A DNA stretch of 30,301 nucleotides, taken from assembly GCF_049969415.1 (NCBI RefSeq), contig NZ_JBMFOX010000014.1:1-30301 (forward strand), read 5' to 3'. This document shows positions 6,851 through 17,381 of this stretch, in pieces. Position 1 is the first letter of the stretch. Every line of letters starts with the position of its first letter. The DNA comes from Candidatus Hadarchaeum sp. (GTDB lineage: Archaea > Hadarchaeota > Hadarchaeia > Hadarchaeales > Hadarchaeaceae). A program made the translations under genes and the position numbers. Below the pieces are notes generated by a model. The model was not told the DNA's origin, searched no databases, and saw only the letters and a list, made by a program, of their open reading frames with translations.

Positions 6851-9592
6851 GTGAAAGACATCTACCGGGTGAAACTCTTCAGACAGGAGGGCTTCGAGCG
6901 GAAGAAGTGCCCCAAGTGCGGCAGGATATTCTGGACTTTAGATCCGGAAAGGAGCACCTGCGGTGACACCCCCTGCGATGAATACTCCTTCATCGGCAAC
7001 CCGCCGACGAAGCGGAGGTACCGGCTGGCCGAGATGGAGCGGACCTTTCTCAGGTTCTTTGAGAAGCACGGCCACAAGATCATCAAGAGGTATCCAGTGG
7101 TCTCCCGTTGGCGCGACGACATCTTCCTGACGATAGCCTCGATCGCTAATTTTCAACCTTGGGTCACCAGCGGGTTGGTTCCCCCTCCGGCAAATCCCCT
7201 AGTGGTGAGCCAGCCCAGCATCCGCCTCAAGGACATCGATAACGTGGGACGCTCGGGAAGGCATCTGACCCTTTTCTTCATGGGGGGGCATCATGCCTTC
7301 AATTCAAGGCGGCAGAGGATCTACTGGACGGACGAGACGGTCGAGCTCTGCCACCAGTTCCTCAGCCGTGAACTCGGGATAAAACCCGGTGAAATTTCCT
7401 ACGTTCAGGATATCTGGGAAGGCGGTGGCAATGCTGGTGAGGACTTCGAGGTGATCGTGCGCGGGCTGGAGGTAGCGACGCTGGTTTTCATGCACTATGC
7501 TGGCGAGGGTGGAAAGTATCGCCCCCTCCCCCTGAAAATAGTGGACACGGGCTACGGGATGGAGCGCCTGACCTGGTTGTCGCAGGGCAGCCCCTCGAGT
7601 TACCAAGCCATCTTTTCTCCGATGATTGACCATCTCTCCCGTCTTGCCGGGGTGGTCATGCCTCCCGCCGAGCTGCTGCAGGAGAACTCGAGGCTGGCCG
7701 GGCTGATAGATATTGCGGGGGGCAGGGAACTCAGGCAGCTGCGTCTGAAGGTTGCCGAGCGGATGGGGATGAGCGTGGAAGAAGTGGACCGTTTGCTCGC
7801 GCCGCTGGAATCAATCTATGCCACCGCCGACCACCTCCGCTGTCTCGCCTTCATGTTTGGCGACGGGATAACCCCGAGCAACGTTCGCGAGGGATATCTT
7901 GCCCGGCTGGTGCTCAGACGGACTTTGGACTTGATCTGGAAATTGGGCATCCAGAAGCCGCTTTCCGAGCTCATGGACTTCTGTCTGGGAACGCTTTATG
8001 GCCAGTTCCCCGAGCTCAGGGAGCGCTCCGGCTACATTCTGGAGGTGGTTGAGCTGGAGGAGCAGCGCTACCGTGATGCCATCGCCAGAGGGACCCGGCT
8101 GGTGGAGAGGCTCGCTGCCGAACTGCGGGCCAAAAGCCAACCGCTGCCGCCGGAAAAGCTCATCGAGTTCTATGACAGCCACGGGCTCAGGCCGGAGATG
8201 GTGAAGGAGGTGGCCGAGAAATTTGGCGTTAGTGTGGAGATCCCCGACGATTTCGACATCAATGTCGCCAAGTCCCACAGCAGCAGACGGCACGTGCCGG
8301 AGCAGGTCATCCCGGTTCCAGCGGAGATGCTAAAGGGGCTGCCGCCGACGAAGCTGCTTTACTATGAGGACCAGTATCGGGTGGAGTTCTCGGCCCAGGT
8401 GCTGCGGGTCGTAGATGACTTTGTGGTGCTGGACCGCACCGCCTTCTATCCTGAGGGTGGCGGGCAGCCGAGCGACATAGGGGTGCTGGAGGCTGAAGGC
8501 GCGAAGGTCGAGGTCCATAACGTGTTGAAGGGCGGGGACATGGTTTTACACCATTGCAAGGGCGGCGTTCTCAGGCCCGGGCAGAGGGTGGTCGGCAAGG
8601 TGGACTGGGAGAGGCGGAGGGCGTTGATGGCCCATCACACCGGGACCCACATCCTCCTTGGCGCGGCTCGCCGTGTCTTGGGCCCGCACGTGTGGCAGCA
8701 GGGGGCCCAGAAAGGAGTCGAGCGCTCACGTTTGGACATCTCCCACCACAAGCGCATCGAGCCCCAGGACCTTCAGGAGATCGAGCGCTTGGCTAACGAG
8801 GTGGTCGTCCAGAACCGGGCGGTGAGAGTTGAGTGGATGAACCGCAATGAGGCGGAGCAGAGATACGGTTTTGACCTCTACCAGGGCGGGGTGGTCCCCG
8901 GAAAGTTGGTCCGGGTGGTGGACATCGAAGGGTGGAACACCCAGGCCTGCGCCGGCACCCACTTTCGAAGCACGGGCGAGGTTGGCTTTATCAAGGTCAT
9001 CCGCTCCGAGAGGATTCAGGATGGAATTGAGCGCTTGGAGTTTGCGGTCGGTGAGGCAGCGCTGAAGTTCGTCCAGTCGCTGGAGAGGCAGCTCGCCAGC
9101 GTGGCCGGGATATTGAAGGTTCCACCGGAGAAGGTCGCCTCTGCGGCGGAAAAGCTGTTCGAGGACTGGAAGGCTGCGGAGAAGGAGGTGGAGCGGCTGA
9201 GCCAGCGGCTTGCCGAACAGAGGCTGGCGGAGCTTCGGAGCAAGGCCGTGCCGCTGGGCAGGGTGAAGTTTCTTGCGGAAGAGATCGAGGGGGCAAGTTC
9301 CGCCGAGTTGGTTAAAGTTGGCAGCGCCCTGACGGCAGCGGACAGGTCTGTGGTGGCGGTCCTGGGCTCCGCGACCGACACGGCGAGGGTGATAGCGATG
9401 GCGGGTGAGGAAGCGGTGAAGGCGGGCGTGGACTGCGGGGCGATTGCCGCTGAGGCCGCGAGGATCCTCGGGGGCGGCGGCGGAGGTAAACCGGAGCTGG
9501 GGCAGGGTGGCGGTCCTAAGGTCGGTAGGTTGGCGGTTGCACTGAGGCGGGCGCGGGAGGTCTGCGAGCGGCAGCTGTCGCTGGTCTTATAA
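6851..9592 (+). CDS. alaS: Alanine--tRNA ligase (archaeal type)
   Basis: N-terminal CPKC..FWT..TCGD.PC, VVSRWRDD, VDTGYGMER, editing HHTGTH / CAGTH, C-Ala GGGGGK motif. Confidence 0.98.
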   Translation: MKDIYRVKLFRQEGFERKKCPKCGRIFWTLDPERSTCGDTPCDEYSFIGNPPTKRRYRLAEMERTFLRFFEKHGHKIIKRYPVVSRWRDDIFLTIASIANFQPWVTSGLVPPPANPLVVSQPSIRLKDIDNVGRSGRHLTLFFMGGHHAFNSRRQRIYWTDETVELCHQFLSRELGIKPGEISYVQDIWEGGGNAGEDFEVIVRGLEVATLVFMHYAGEGGKYRPLPLKIVDTGYGMERLTWLSQGSPSSYQAIFSPMIDHLSRLAGVVMPPAELLQENSRLAGLIDIAGGRELRQLRLKVAERMGMSVEEVDRLLAPLESIYATADHLRCLAFMFGDGITPSNVREGYLARLVLRRTLDLIWKLGIQKPLSELMDFCLGTLYGQFPELRERSGYILEVVELEEQRYRDAIARGTRLVERLAAELRAKSQPLPPEKLIEFYDSHGLRPEMVKEVAEKFGVSVEIPDDFDINVAKSHSSRRHVPEQVIPVPAEMLKGLPPTKLLYYEDQYRVEFSAQVLRVVDDFVVLDRTAFYPEGGGQPSDIGVLEAEGAKVEVHNVLKGGDMVLHHCKGGVLRPGQRVVGKVDWERRRALMAHHTGTHILLGAARRVLGPHVWQQGAQKGVERSRLDISHHKRIEPQDLQEIERLANEVVVQNRAVRVEWMNRNEAEQRYGFDLYQGGVVPGKLVRVVDIEGWNTQACAGTHFRSTGEVGFIKVIRSERIQDGIERLEFAVGEAALKFVQSLERQLASVAGILKVPPEKVASAAEKLFEDWKAAEKEVERLSQRLAEQRLAELRSKAVPLGRVKFLAEEIEGASSAELVKVGSALTAADRSVVAVLGSATDTARVIAMAGEEAVKAGVDCGAIAAEAARILGGGGGGKPELGQGGGPKVGRLAVALRRAREVCERQLSLVL

Positions 9593-9639
9593 ACCTAGTT
9601 ATGGAACCTTTGGATTGTTTAGTGGTAGGTGGCGGGAAA

Positions 9640-12528
9640 ATGGTGGACTGGGCGGAAATTGACGCCAAATGGCAGGCGGCGTGGCGTGAGGCGAGGCTTT
9701 TTGAGTCCGAGCCTAACGAGAAGCCGAAGTTTTATCTCACGGTTGCCTATCCCTACGTCTCGGGGCCGATGCACATAGGCCACGGGCGGACCTACACCGT
9801 TCCCGACGTGATTGCCCGCTACAAGCGCATGCGCGGCTACAACGTTTTGTTTCCCATGGCCTATCATTTCACCGGAACCCCAATCGTTGGGGCGACCAAG
9901 CGCGTCGCCCGGCGTGAGTCCGGTTTTGTTAAGGTCCTGACCGAGCGATACCGGATTCCGCCCGAGATGCTCAAGGAGTTCGAAGATCCGAAATTTTACG
10001 CCAACTACTTTGCCCGGGAGAGCGAGCTCAGCTACCGGAAGGGGATGGAGCGGCTCGGCTATTCCATCGACTGGCGCCGCGAGTTCACCACCATTGATCC
10101 CACCTACAGCAAGTTCATCACCTGGCAGTATCACAAGATCCAGAGCGCGGGACTGATTGTAAAGGGCAGGCACCCGGTCAAGTGGTGCCCCAATGACGGC
10201 AACCCCGTCACCGATCATGACTTGCTTGAGGGCGAAGGGGCGGAGATTGTCGAGTTCACGCTTCTGAAATACCGCTATGAGGATCAAATTCTGCCCGCCG
10301 CGACGCTGCGCCCGGAGACCGTCTTCGGCGTGACCAACCTGTGGCTCAATCCCGAGGTCAACTACGTCAGCGTCAGGGTTGGAAATGAGACCTGGATCGT
10401 CAGCGAGCCGGCTGTGGAGAAGCTACGCCAGCAGGGATTTGACGTCGGGGAGGCCAAGCCGGCGAAGATAGATTTCAGCAGAAAGGTCGAGGTGCCACTG
10501 ATCCACAAGAAGGTGCCGATCCTGCCCGCCAGCTTTGTGGACCCGGATAACGCCACGGGAGTTGTTGGCTCGGTGCCGGCGCATGCTCCCTACGACTACG
10601 TGGCGTTGCTGGAGCTGCAGCAGCATCCCGAGGTCCTGCGGCGCTGGGGCATAGACCCCCAGGAGGTCGCCGGGATTAAGCCGATATCGCTGATTGAGGT
10701 CGCCGGTTTCGGTGAGTCACCGGCCGTGGACGTCGTCGAGCGCATGGGGATCAAGCACCAGCGCGACCCTAGGCTGGAGGAGGCCACCGCCGAGGTCTAC
10801 CGGAACGAGTTTGCCAAGGGCCGGATGAGGGATTGGGTCCTGAGATATGCGGGAATGCCGGTTTCTCAGGCCAAGGTGGCGGTGCGGGAGGAGTTGCTGG
10901 CGACGAATGAAGGTGCCACTATGTTTGAGTTTTCCGCCAAGCCCGTGACCTGTCGCTGCGGCAGTCCTGTGGTGGTGAGGGTGGTTGAGGATCAGTGGTT
11001 TCTCAACTACGCGGACGAGGCATGGAAGGAAAAGGCCCGGGCCTGTCTCTCCCGGATGCACCTGGTACCGCCCGAGACCCGCCGGCAGTTCGAGCACACG
11101 ATTGACTGGCTCCGTGAGTGGCCCTGCACCCGCATCATCGGCATGGGGACTCCCGCTCCCTGGGCACCGGGCTGGATCATTGAGTCGCTCAGCGATTCCA
11201 CGATTTACATGGCCTACTACACCATCGCCCATATTCTGAAGACGGTCGACCCCGCTTCCCTGACTGATGAGATCTTTGACTATGTCTTCTACGGAAAGGG
11301 CGATCCCGGCGAGCTATCCCGGGCCACCAACATCGAGGTGGAGAAGCTGGAGCAGATGCGGCGGGAGTTCAGCTACTGGTATCCCCTTGACTACCGGATG
11401 TCGGCCAACGAGCTGATTCCCAATCACCTCACCTTCCACATCTTCCACCACGCGCTGCTGTTTCCTGACCTCTGTCCTAGGGGGATAGTGAGCTTCGGAA
11501 TCGCGGTGCTCGAGGGGCAGAAGATGTCGTCCTCAAAGGGAAACATCGTGGCGATAAATGAGGCGGTGGAGAGATATGGGGCGGACACCGTCAGGCTCTA
11601 CCTGATGTCGACCGTTGAACCCTGGCAGGACTTTGACTGGCGGGCCAACGAGGCGCTGGCCATGCAGAAGAACTTGGAACGTTTTGTTTCCCTGGCTGAG
11701 GAGATAATTTCCCTGCCTGATGAAGGGGTATCCGACCTCGACCAGCCGGCGAGGTGGATGCTCAGCCGGCTCCAGAGGCACGTTCAAGGGACGACGGAGG
11801 CGCTCGACAGCTTTGAGACCAGAAAGGCAACCCAGCATGCCTTCTTCATGATGATGCAGGACGTTCGCTGGTTCATGAGGCGGGAGGGCCGTCCTGAGAT
11901 GCGGGCTGCCGTGGTTAAGCGCGTGCTTGACGTGTGGCTCAGGCTGTTGGCGCCAGTGGTCCCGCACATCTGCGAGGAGCTCTGGAGGCGTCTGGGTAAA
12001 GGCGGTTTCGTCTCCACCGCGGAGTGGCCCCGGGTTGATGCCGGCTTGGTGGATGAGGATGCCGAGTTTGCCGAGAACTTTCTCCTCCGGGTCATCGATG
12101 ACGTCGGCAAAATAATCAAGGTGATGAAGAAAGAGCCAAGGAAGCTGTGCCTCTATGTCGCCCCAGAATGGAAGTGGCGGGCCTTTCGGATTGCCATCGA
12201 GCATTCCCGCGCCGGAGCGGTTGACCTGGGGGAGCTGATGAAGGAGGTGGAGAAAAGAATGGGGCTCCGCGGGCAGAGGGCGGAGCTGGCCAGGCTTCTC
12301 CAGCAGATGGTCCAGGAGATAAGGAAGATGGCGGAGCCGGAGTTCGAGATCATCTCATCGAAGATGCTGGACGAGCAGCGGATCCTGAAGGAGGCGACTG
12401 ATTTCATCCGGAGTGAGTTCGATCTAGGCGAGGTGCAGGTGTTCGGGGCCGAGGACCGGGCCCGCCATGACCCCTTGAACCGGGCGGCGATGGCGTTGCC
12501 CCTGAGGCCGGCCATCTATCTCGAGTGA
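9640..12528 (+). CDS. leuS: Leucine--tRNA ligase (archaeal/eukaryal type)
   Basis: AYPY.SGPMHIGH, ATLRPET, GVVGSVPAHAPYD, KMSSS. ATG 9640 is preferred (GGTGG SD upstream) over 9601. Confidence 0.97.
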   Translation: MVDWAEIDAKWQAAWREARLFESEPNEKPKFYLTVAYPYVSGPMHIGHGRTYTVPDVIARYKRMRGYNVLFPMAYHFTGTPIVGATKRVARRESGFVKVLTERYRIPPEMLKEFEDPKFYANYFARESELSYRKGMERLGYSIDWRREFTTIDPTYSKFITWQYHKIQSAGLIVKGRHPVKWCPNDGNPVTDHDLLEGEGAEIVEFTLLKYRYEDQILPAATLRPETVFGVTNLWLNPEVNYVSVRVGNETWIVSEPAVEKLRQQGFDVGEAKPAKIDFSRKVEVPLIHKKVPILPASFVDPDNATGVVGSVPAHAPYDYVALLELQQHPEVLRRWGIDPQEVAGIKPISLIEVAGFGESPAVDVVERMGIKHQRDPRLEEATAEVYRNEFAKGRMRDWVLRYAGMPVSQAKVAVREELLATNEGATMFEFSAKPVTCRCGSPVVVRVVEDQWFLNYADEAWKEKARACLSRMHLVPPETRRQFEHTIDWLREWPCTRIIGMGTPAPWAPGWIIESLSDSTIYMAYYTIAHILKTVDPASLTDEIFDYVFYGKGDPGELSRATNIEVEKLEQMRREFSYWYPLDYRMSANELIPNHLTFHIFHHALLFPDLCPRGIVSFGIAVLEGQKMSSSKGNIVAINEAVERYGADTVRLYLMSTVEPWQDFDWRANEALAMQKNLERFVSLAEEIISLPDEGVSDLDQPARWMLSRLQRHVQGTTEALDSFETRKATQHAFFMMMQDVRWFMRREGRPEMRAAVVKRVLDVWLRLLAPVVPHICEELWRRLGKGGFVSTAEWPRVDAGLVDEDAEFAENFLLRVIDDVGKIIKVMKKEPRKLCLYVAPEWKWRAFRIAIEHSRAGAVDLGELMKEVEKRMGLRGQRAELARLLQQMVQEIRKMAEPEFEIISSKMLDEQRILKEATDFIRSEFDLGEVQVFGAEDRARHDPLNRAAMALPLRPAIYLE

Positions 12529-13205
12529 GGATTCGGATGCTGAGGTTGAGAAGGGCCACCGTTGACCTGCTCTACCTTTTGGATCACGGTTACCCCCGTG
12601 ACTCGGCGGTCAACTTCGTCGCCAACCACTACCGGCTTCCCTTGGAGGAGAGACATTTGCTGGCGCGGTGTGTTTTTTCCCAGCGGGAGGCTGAGGAGCA
12701 CCGGCGCAAGTTGATCAGGATGAACGGCGTTAGGGGCAGGAGGCTGGGGGTGGACGGCTACAACGTGCTGATAACGGTCGAGAGCCTGCTGACGGGGAAA
12801 AGGGTCGTGCTGTGCAACGACGGTATCGTTAGGGACCTCAGGGCCATCTTCGGCAAATATCGGGCCGGGACAGCCACCCCTCGTGCAATCGCGGAGCTGG
12901 TGGAGGCGGTGGCGAGGGCCAAGCCCAGCGAGGTTGTTATTTTCTTTGACAAGCAGGTCAGCCGCAGCGGGGAGCTGGCGGCGGATTTCAGGAGAAGAAT
13001 TGAAGCCGCAGGGTTGCGCGGAGGGGCGCTTGCCGTGGGCGGGGTCGATAAAAAACTGGAAGGTTTCGAAGTGGTTGCTAGCAGCGATCGCGTCGTGATC
13101 CAGCGCGCGAGAAAGGTATGGGATATTCCTCAGGAGCTAATGTGGTCAAGGAGGAGCCACGTTCTGGATGTTAAAGAACTTATTAATAATACACTGGGCA
13201 AGTAG
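12525..13205 (+). CDS. DUF434-family protein (PIN/NYN-like nuclease fold)
   Basis: LLDHGYP...V.FVANHY.L, VDGYNVLIT, DG.VRD, FDKQVSRSG, SSD; GTGA overlap with the leuS stop (ATG 12537 is an alternative start). Confidence 0.8.
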   Translation: MRIRMLRLRRATVDLLYLLDHGYPRDSAVNFVANHYRLPLEERHLLARCVFSQREAEEHRRKLIRMNGVRGRRLGVDGYNVLITVESLLTGKRVVLCNDGIVRDLRAIFGKYRAGTATPRAIAELVEAVARAKPSEVVIFFDKQVSRSGELAADFRRRIEAAGLRGGALAVGGVDKKLEGFEVVASSDRVVIQRARKVWDIPQELMWSRRSHVLDVKELINNTLGK

Positions 13206-13225
13206 GAGAACGGAGGTGAGAATGG

Positions 13226-13870
13226 ATGCCCAAATTGTTTGATGTTAAAGAGCTTTCTGATTCTTATGTCAGGCTGGTGAAGAGCACGAAGGAACTTGAC
13301 GTTGAGGTTGAAGTTAGCTTGGAAAAGAAAAAGACCGAGATAGCCACAGGCCTAGCCTTTCTGGATCATATGCTGGAGACCATCGCTTGGGGGGCCTGTA
13401 TGAGCATAGGCGTTTCGGTAAATGTGAAAAGGAAGCTGACAGCCACGATAACGGAGGATGTGGGGATTACTCTGGGTGCGGCGCTGTCGCAACTGTTTGA
13501 ACTCAAGTCGAAATCAGGAATCGACGGAGCCGGGTCGGGCCTCTTTGCGCTTGACGATGCTTTGGCACGAGCGATGGTCAGCGTTGAGGGAAGAAGAAAT
13601 ATCTTCGTTGGACTGGATGCAGAAGGAGCAAAGTCTGAGCGGGTTGAAGATCTATATACCAGCGATTGTGTGGCGTTTTTTGAGGGACTTTCCCAGGGAT
13701 TGAAGGCAACCATCCACATCGATATCTTGAAGGGACAGGAACCACACCACTGCTGGGAAGCGGCTTCGCGCGCCTTTGGCGAGGCCATCAGGGGCGTGTT
13801 TAAGAAGAATCCCTGGCGTCCAGCCAGCGATAACCCATATTATGCGGAGGAAGGACTGGCCCTTCTGTGA
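13226..13870 (+). CDS. Imidazoleglycerol-phosphate dehydratase (HisB)-like protein with a degenerate first metal motif
   Basis: TKE..V.V, TGLAFLDHML, EDVGITLG.AL, LDDAL, HHCWEA..RAFGEA; GGAGGTG SD. Confidence 0.75.
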   Translation: MPKLFDVKELSDSYVRLVKSTKELDVEVEVSLEKKKTEIATGLAFLDHMLETIAWGACMSIGVSVNVKRKLTATITEDVGITLGAALSQLFELKSKSGIDGAGSGLFALDDALARAMVSVEGRRNIFVGLDAEGAKSERVEDLYTSDCVAFFEGLSQGLKATIHIDILKGQEPHHCWEAASRAFGEAIRGVFKKNPWRPASDNPYYAEEGLALL

Positions 13871-14104
13871 AGATTGAGGTTGGGCTGCCACCGTCCGAAT
13901 TGGGCAGATAAAACACGTTCCGGCAAGGGCGCGCAAGTTTTCAGGATAAAAAAATTGCCGAGAAAACAGTTGCGGGTTTCCGACAAGCCGGAAGTGGTTT
14001 CTTAGTATGCGTTGACCGGGGCTAATCTCAGAATAACCCGTGGAAATAATGTTCTGCCCGGAAACGAGGTTTAGCTGTAAAAGAATATCTGGTGTGCGCC
14101 GCCA

Positions 14105-15154
<1,050 letters not shown>

Positions 15155-16327
15155 TTAATCACCTCCGTAGAGATGGCAGTAGACGAGGTGGTTCTTTCTG
15201 ACCTCGACCGGACTCGGCGTTTCCTTGGAGCAGATCTTCATGGCCTTGGGGCACCGGGGATGGAACCGGCAGCCCGGAGGCGGGTTGACCAGGTTGGGCA
15301 CCGTCCCCTTGATGGAGACAAACCCCCGGCCCGGCCGCGGTATGGCTTGGAAGAGGGACCGGGTGTAGGGGTGCTTTTGCCTCTTGAAGAGCTCCTTTAC
15401 TTCGGCGACCTCACAGACCTGCCCGGCATACATTACCGCCACGCGGTCGCAGATCTCCGCCACCACCCCGAGGTTGTGGGTGATGTAGAGCACCGAGGAG
15501 CCAAATTCCTTCTTCAGCTCCCTGATGAGGTCGAGGATCTGCGCCTGAACGGTGACGTCCAGCGAGGTGGTCGGCTCGTCGGCGATGAGGAGCCTGGGAT
15601 GGCAGGCGATGGCCATGGCGATTACGGCGCGTTGCTGCATGCCGCCGCTTAGCTCGTGCGGGTAAAGGTCATAGACGCCCTCGGGGTTGGCGATCCTCAT
15701 CTCCTTCAAAAGTCCGACGACCTCTCGCCTCAGCACCGAGTCCAGCCGGCGCCGGTATCTCCTGAGAAACGGGATTTTTGAGGCCATCCTGACCTTCCAT
15801 GCCCGCTGGTTCTTCAGCAGGCTCTGGTAGATTCCGGCGTAGGTCCGGTAAACCCGGGCCCTGAATTTCAAGCCCTTTTTTTCCGCAGCTTCAATGTCCC
15901 TTCCCAGTTCCTGGAGCACGGTCTTGACCAGAGTCTCCGGCCGGTGCCTGAGCAGGACCTCCGATACCTGTTCGCCGATGGTATAAAGGGGGTTCAGCGC
16001 GGCGCTCGGCTCCTGCATAATCATCGAGATCTTGTGTCCACGGATGTCCTGCAGTTTCTCCTTAGGCAGCTTGAGGATGTTGATCAAACCGCCGTTGCTC
16101 TTCATCAGGATGTCGCCCTTTTCGATTTTTCCAGGCGGTGGCGGCAGGGCGATGATGGAGAAGGCGGTGACGCTTTTCCCGCAGCCGGTTTCGCCGACCA
16201 GCCCCAGAGTTTCCCCTTCCTTGATGTCTAGGTTGACGCCGCTCAGGGCCTTGACGACGCCTTCATAGGTGTAAAACCTTACCACGAGGTCCTTGACCTG
16301 AACCAGCGGTTGAGCTTCCTTCACCAT
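15155..16327 (-). CDS. dppD: Oligopeptide/dipeptide ABC transporter ATP-binding protein (DppD/OppD)
   Basis: GETGCGKS, LSGGMQQR, ADEPTTSLDVTVQAQ, GCRFHPRCP. Confidence 0.93.
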   Translation of the reverse strand: MVKEAQPLVQVKDLVVRFYTYEGVVKALSGVNLDIKEGETLGLVGETGCGKSVTAFSIIALPPPPGKIEKGDILMKSNGGLINILKLPKEKLQDIRGHKISMIMQEPSAALNPLYTIGEQVSEVLLRHRPETLVKTVLQELGRDIEAAEKKGLKFRARVYRTYAGIYQSLLKNQRAWKVRMASKIPFLRRYRRRLDSVLRREVVGLLKEMRIANPEGVYDLYPHELSGGMQQRAVIAMAIACHPRLLIADEPTTSLDVTVQAQILDLIRELKKEFGSSVLYITHNLGVVAEICDRVAVMYAGQVCEVAEVKELFKRQKHPYTRSLFQAIPRPGRGFVSIKGTVPNLVNPPPGCRFHPRCPKAMKICSKETPSPVEVRKNHLVYCHLYGGD

Positions 16328-17380
16328 CTACTTCCTCCTCAGCTTGGGATCTAGGATGTCCCGGACGGCGTCTCCGAGGAGGCTCCATCCGAGGACAAAG
16401 AAGAAGATGAAAAGACCGGGTATCAGCACCGTGTACCAGTAGAGGAACGGCTGTCCCGGCGGCCCCACGATCCAGTTACGGGAGAAGCTGATCATCTGCC
16501 CCCAGTCCGCGTAGCCCAGCGGTGCCCCCAATCCAATGAAGCTGAGCCCAGCGGCGGTGAGCACCACCGCGCCTAGGTCCAGGGAGGCCATCACCATGAC
16601 CGAGAACAGGGTGTTGGGGAGCACGTGCCGGGTGATGATCCTGAGGTTGGAGGCACCCATTGCCCGGGCCGCTTCCACGTAGATCTCCTGCTTGGCCTGC
16701 AGCACCTCGCCCCGGACCAGTCTGGCGTACACCGGCCACCAGACCAGTATCAGCGCCTTCATCACGCTGTCGAGGCCGGGGCCTATCGCGGTCACGAAGG
16801 CCATCGCCAGGATCAGGGCCGGCACGGCGAAGAAGACATCGGTGACCCTCATGATTATCTCATCGATTATCCCGCCGAAGTATCCCGCCAAGGCTCCCAG
16901 CACGATGCCCACCAGAATTGAGGCGCCCACCACCATCAGCCCCACGGTAAACGCCGTCCTGGTGCCCCAGATGACGCCGTAGTAGATGTCGAACTGCCCC
17001 TCGGTGGTTCCGAAGGGGTGGATTTCGCTGGGCGGTTTGGGCGTCTGGGAGAATCCATCACGGGGGATGTTGTAGGGCCGGTAGGGGTCGGCGGGAGGGG
17101 CCAGCACCGGGGCCAGCACCGCAATCACCGCGAAGAAGAGGATAATGGAAATTCCGGCCAGCGAGAGCGGGCTTTTCCTTATCCTCCGGAGAGAGAATTT
17201 CAGCTCCCGGACCTGCGGGCTCAGGTTGGCTTTGAAGTTCTGCCAGCGACTCGTCTTAACTCCAGAGCCTTTCCTGACGTTTTCCGATATCTTTGTCCTG
17301 CCCCTGCTGAGGAGAAATACCGGCAGTGACAGAATCGCCGAGAAGATGGCGGCGAGGAGCAGGAGCTGCAGTATCACCAC
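16328..17380 (-). CDS. dppC: Peptide ABC transporter permease (DppC/OppC)
   Basis: HPFGT..G.DI, EAA loop YVEAARAMGAS, RHVLPN, GDAVRDILDP. Confidence 0.93.
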   Translation of the reverse strand: MVILQLLLLAAIFSAILSLPVFLLSRGRTKISENVRKGSGVKTSRWQNFKANLSPQVRELKFSLRRIRKSPLSLAGISIILFFAVIAVLAPVLAPPADPYRPYNIPRDGFSQTPKPPSEIHPFGTTEGQFDIYYGVIWGTRTAFTVGLMVVGASILVGIVLGALAGYFGGIIDEIIMRVTDVFFAVPALILAMAFVTAIGPGLDSVMKALILVWWPVYARLVRGEVLQAKQEIYVEAARAMGASNLRIITRHVLPNTLFSVMVMASLDLGAVVLTAAGLSFIGLGAPLGYADWGQMISFSRNWIVGPPGQPFLYWYTVLIPGLFIFFFVLGWSLLGDAVRDILDPKLRRK

Positions 17381-17381
17381 A

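Noticed and set aside
9601-9639. N-terminal extensions given by the ORF track (leuS 9601, rpl12 6388, galE 21718, udg 21363, GT2 24375)
   Set aside because: Homology starts at downstream start codons, most with SD motifs or stop overlaps, and several extensions overlap other genes or promoters.
13871-14104. Intergenic region between convergent genes as a possible ncRNA
   Set aside because: No convincing stem, repeat or known motif was seen.
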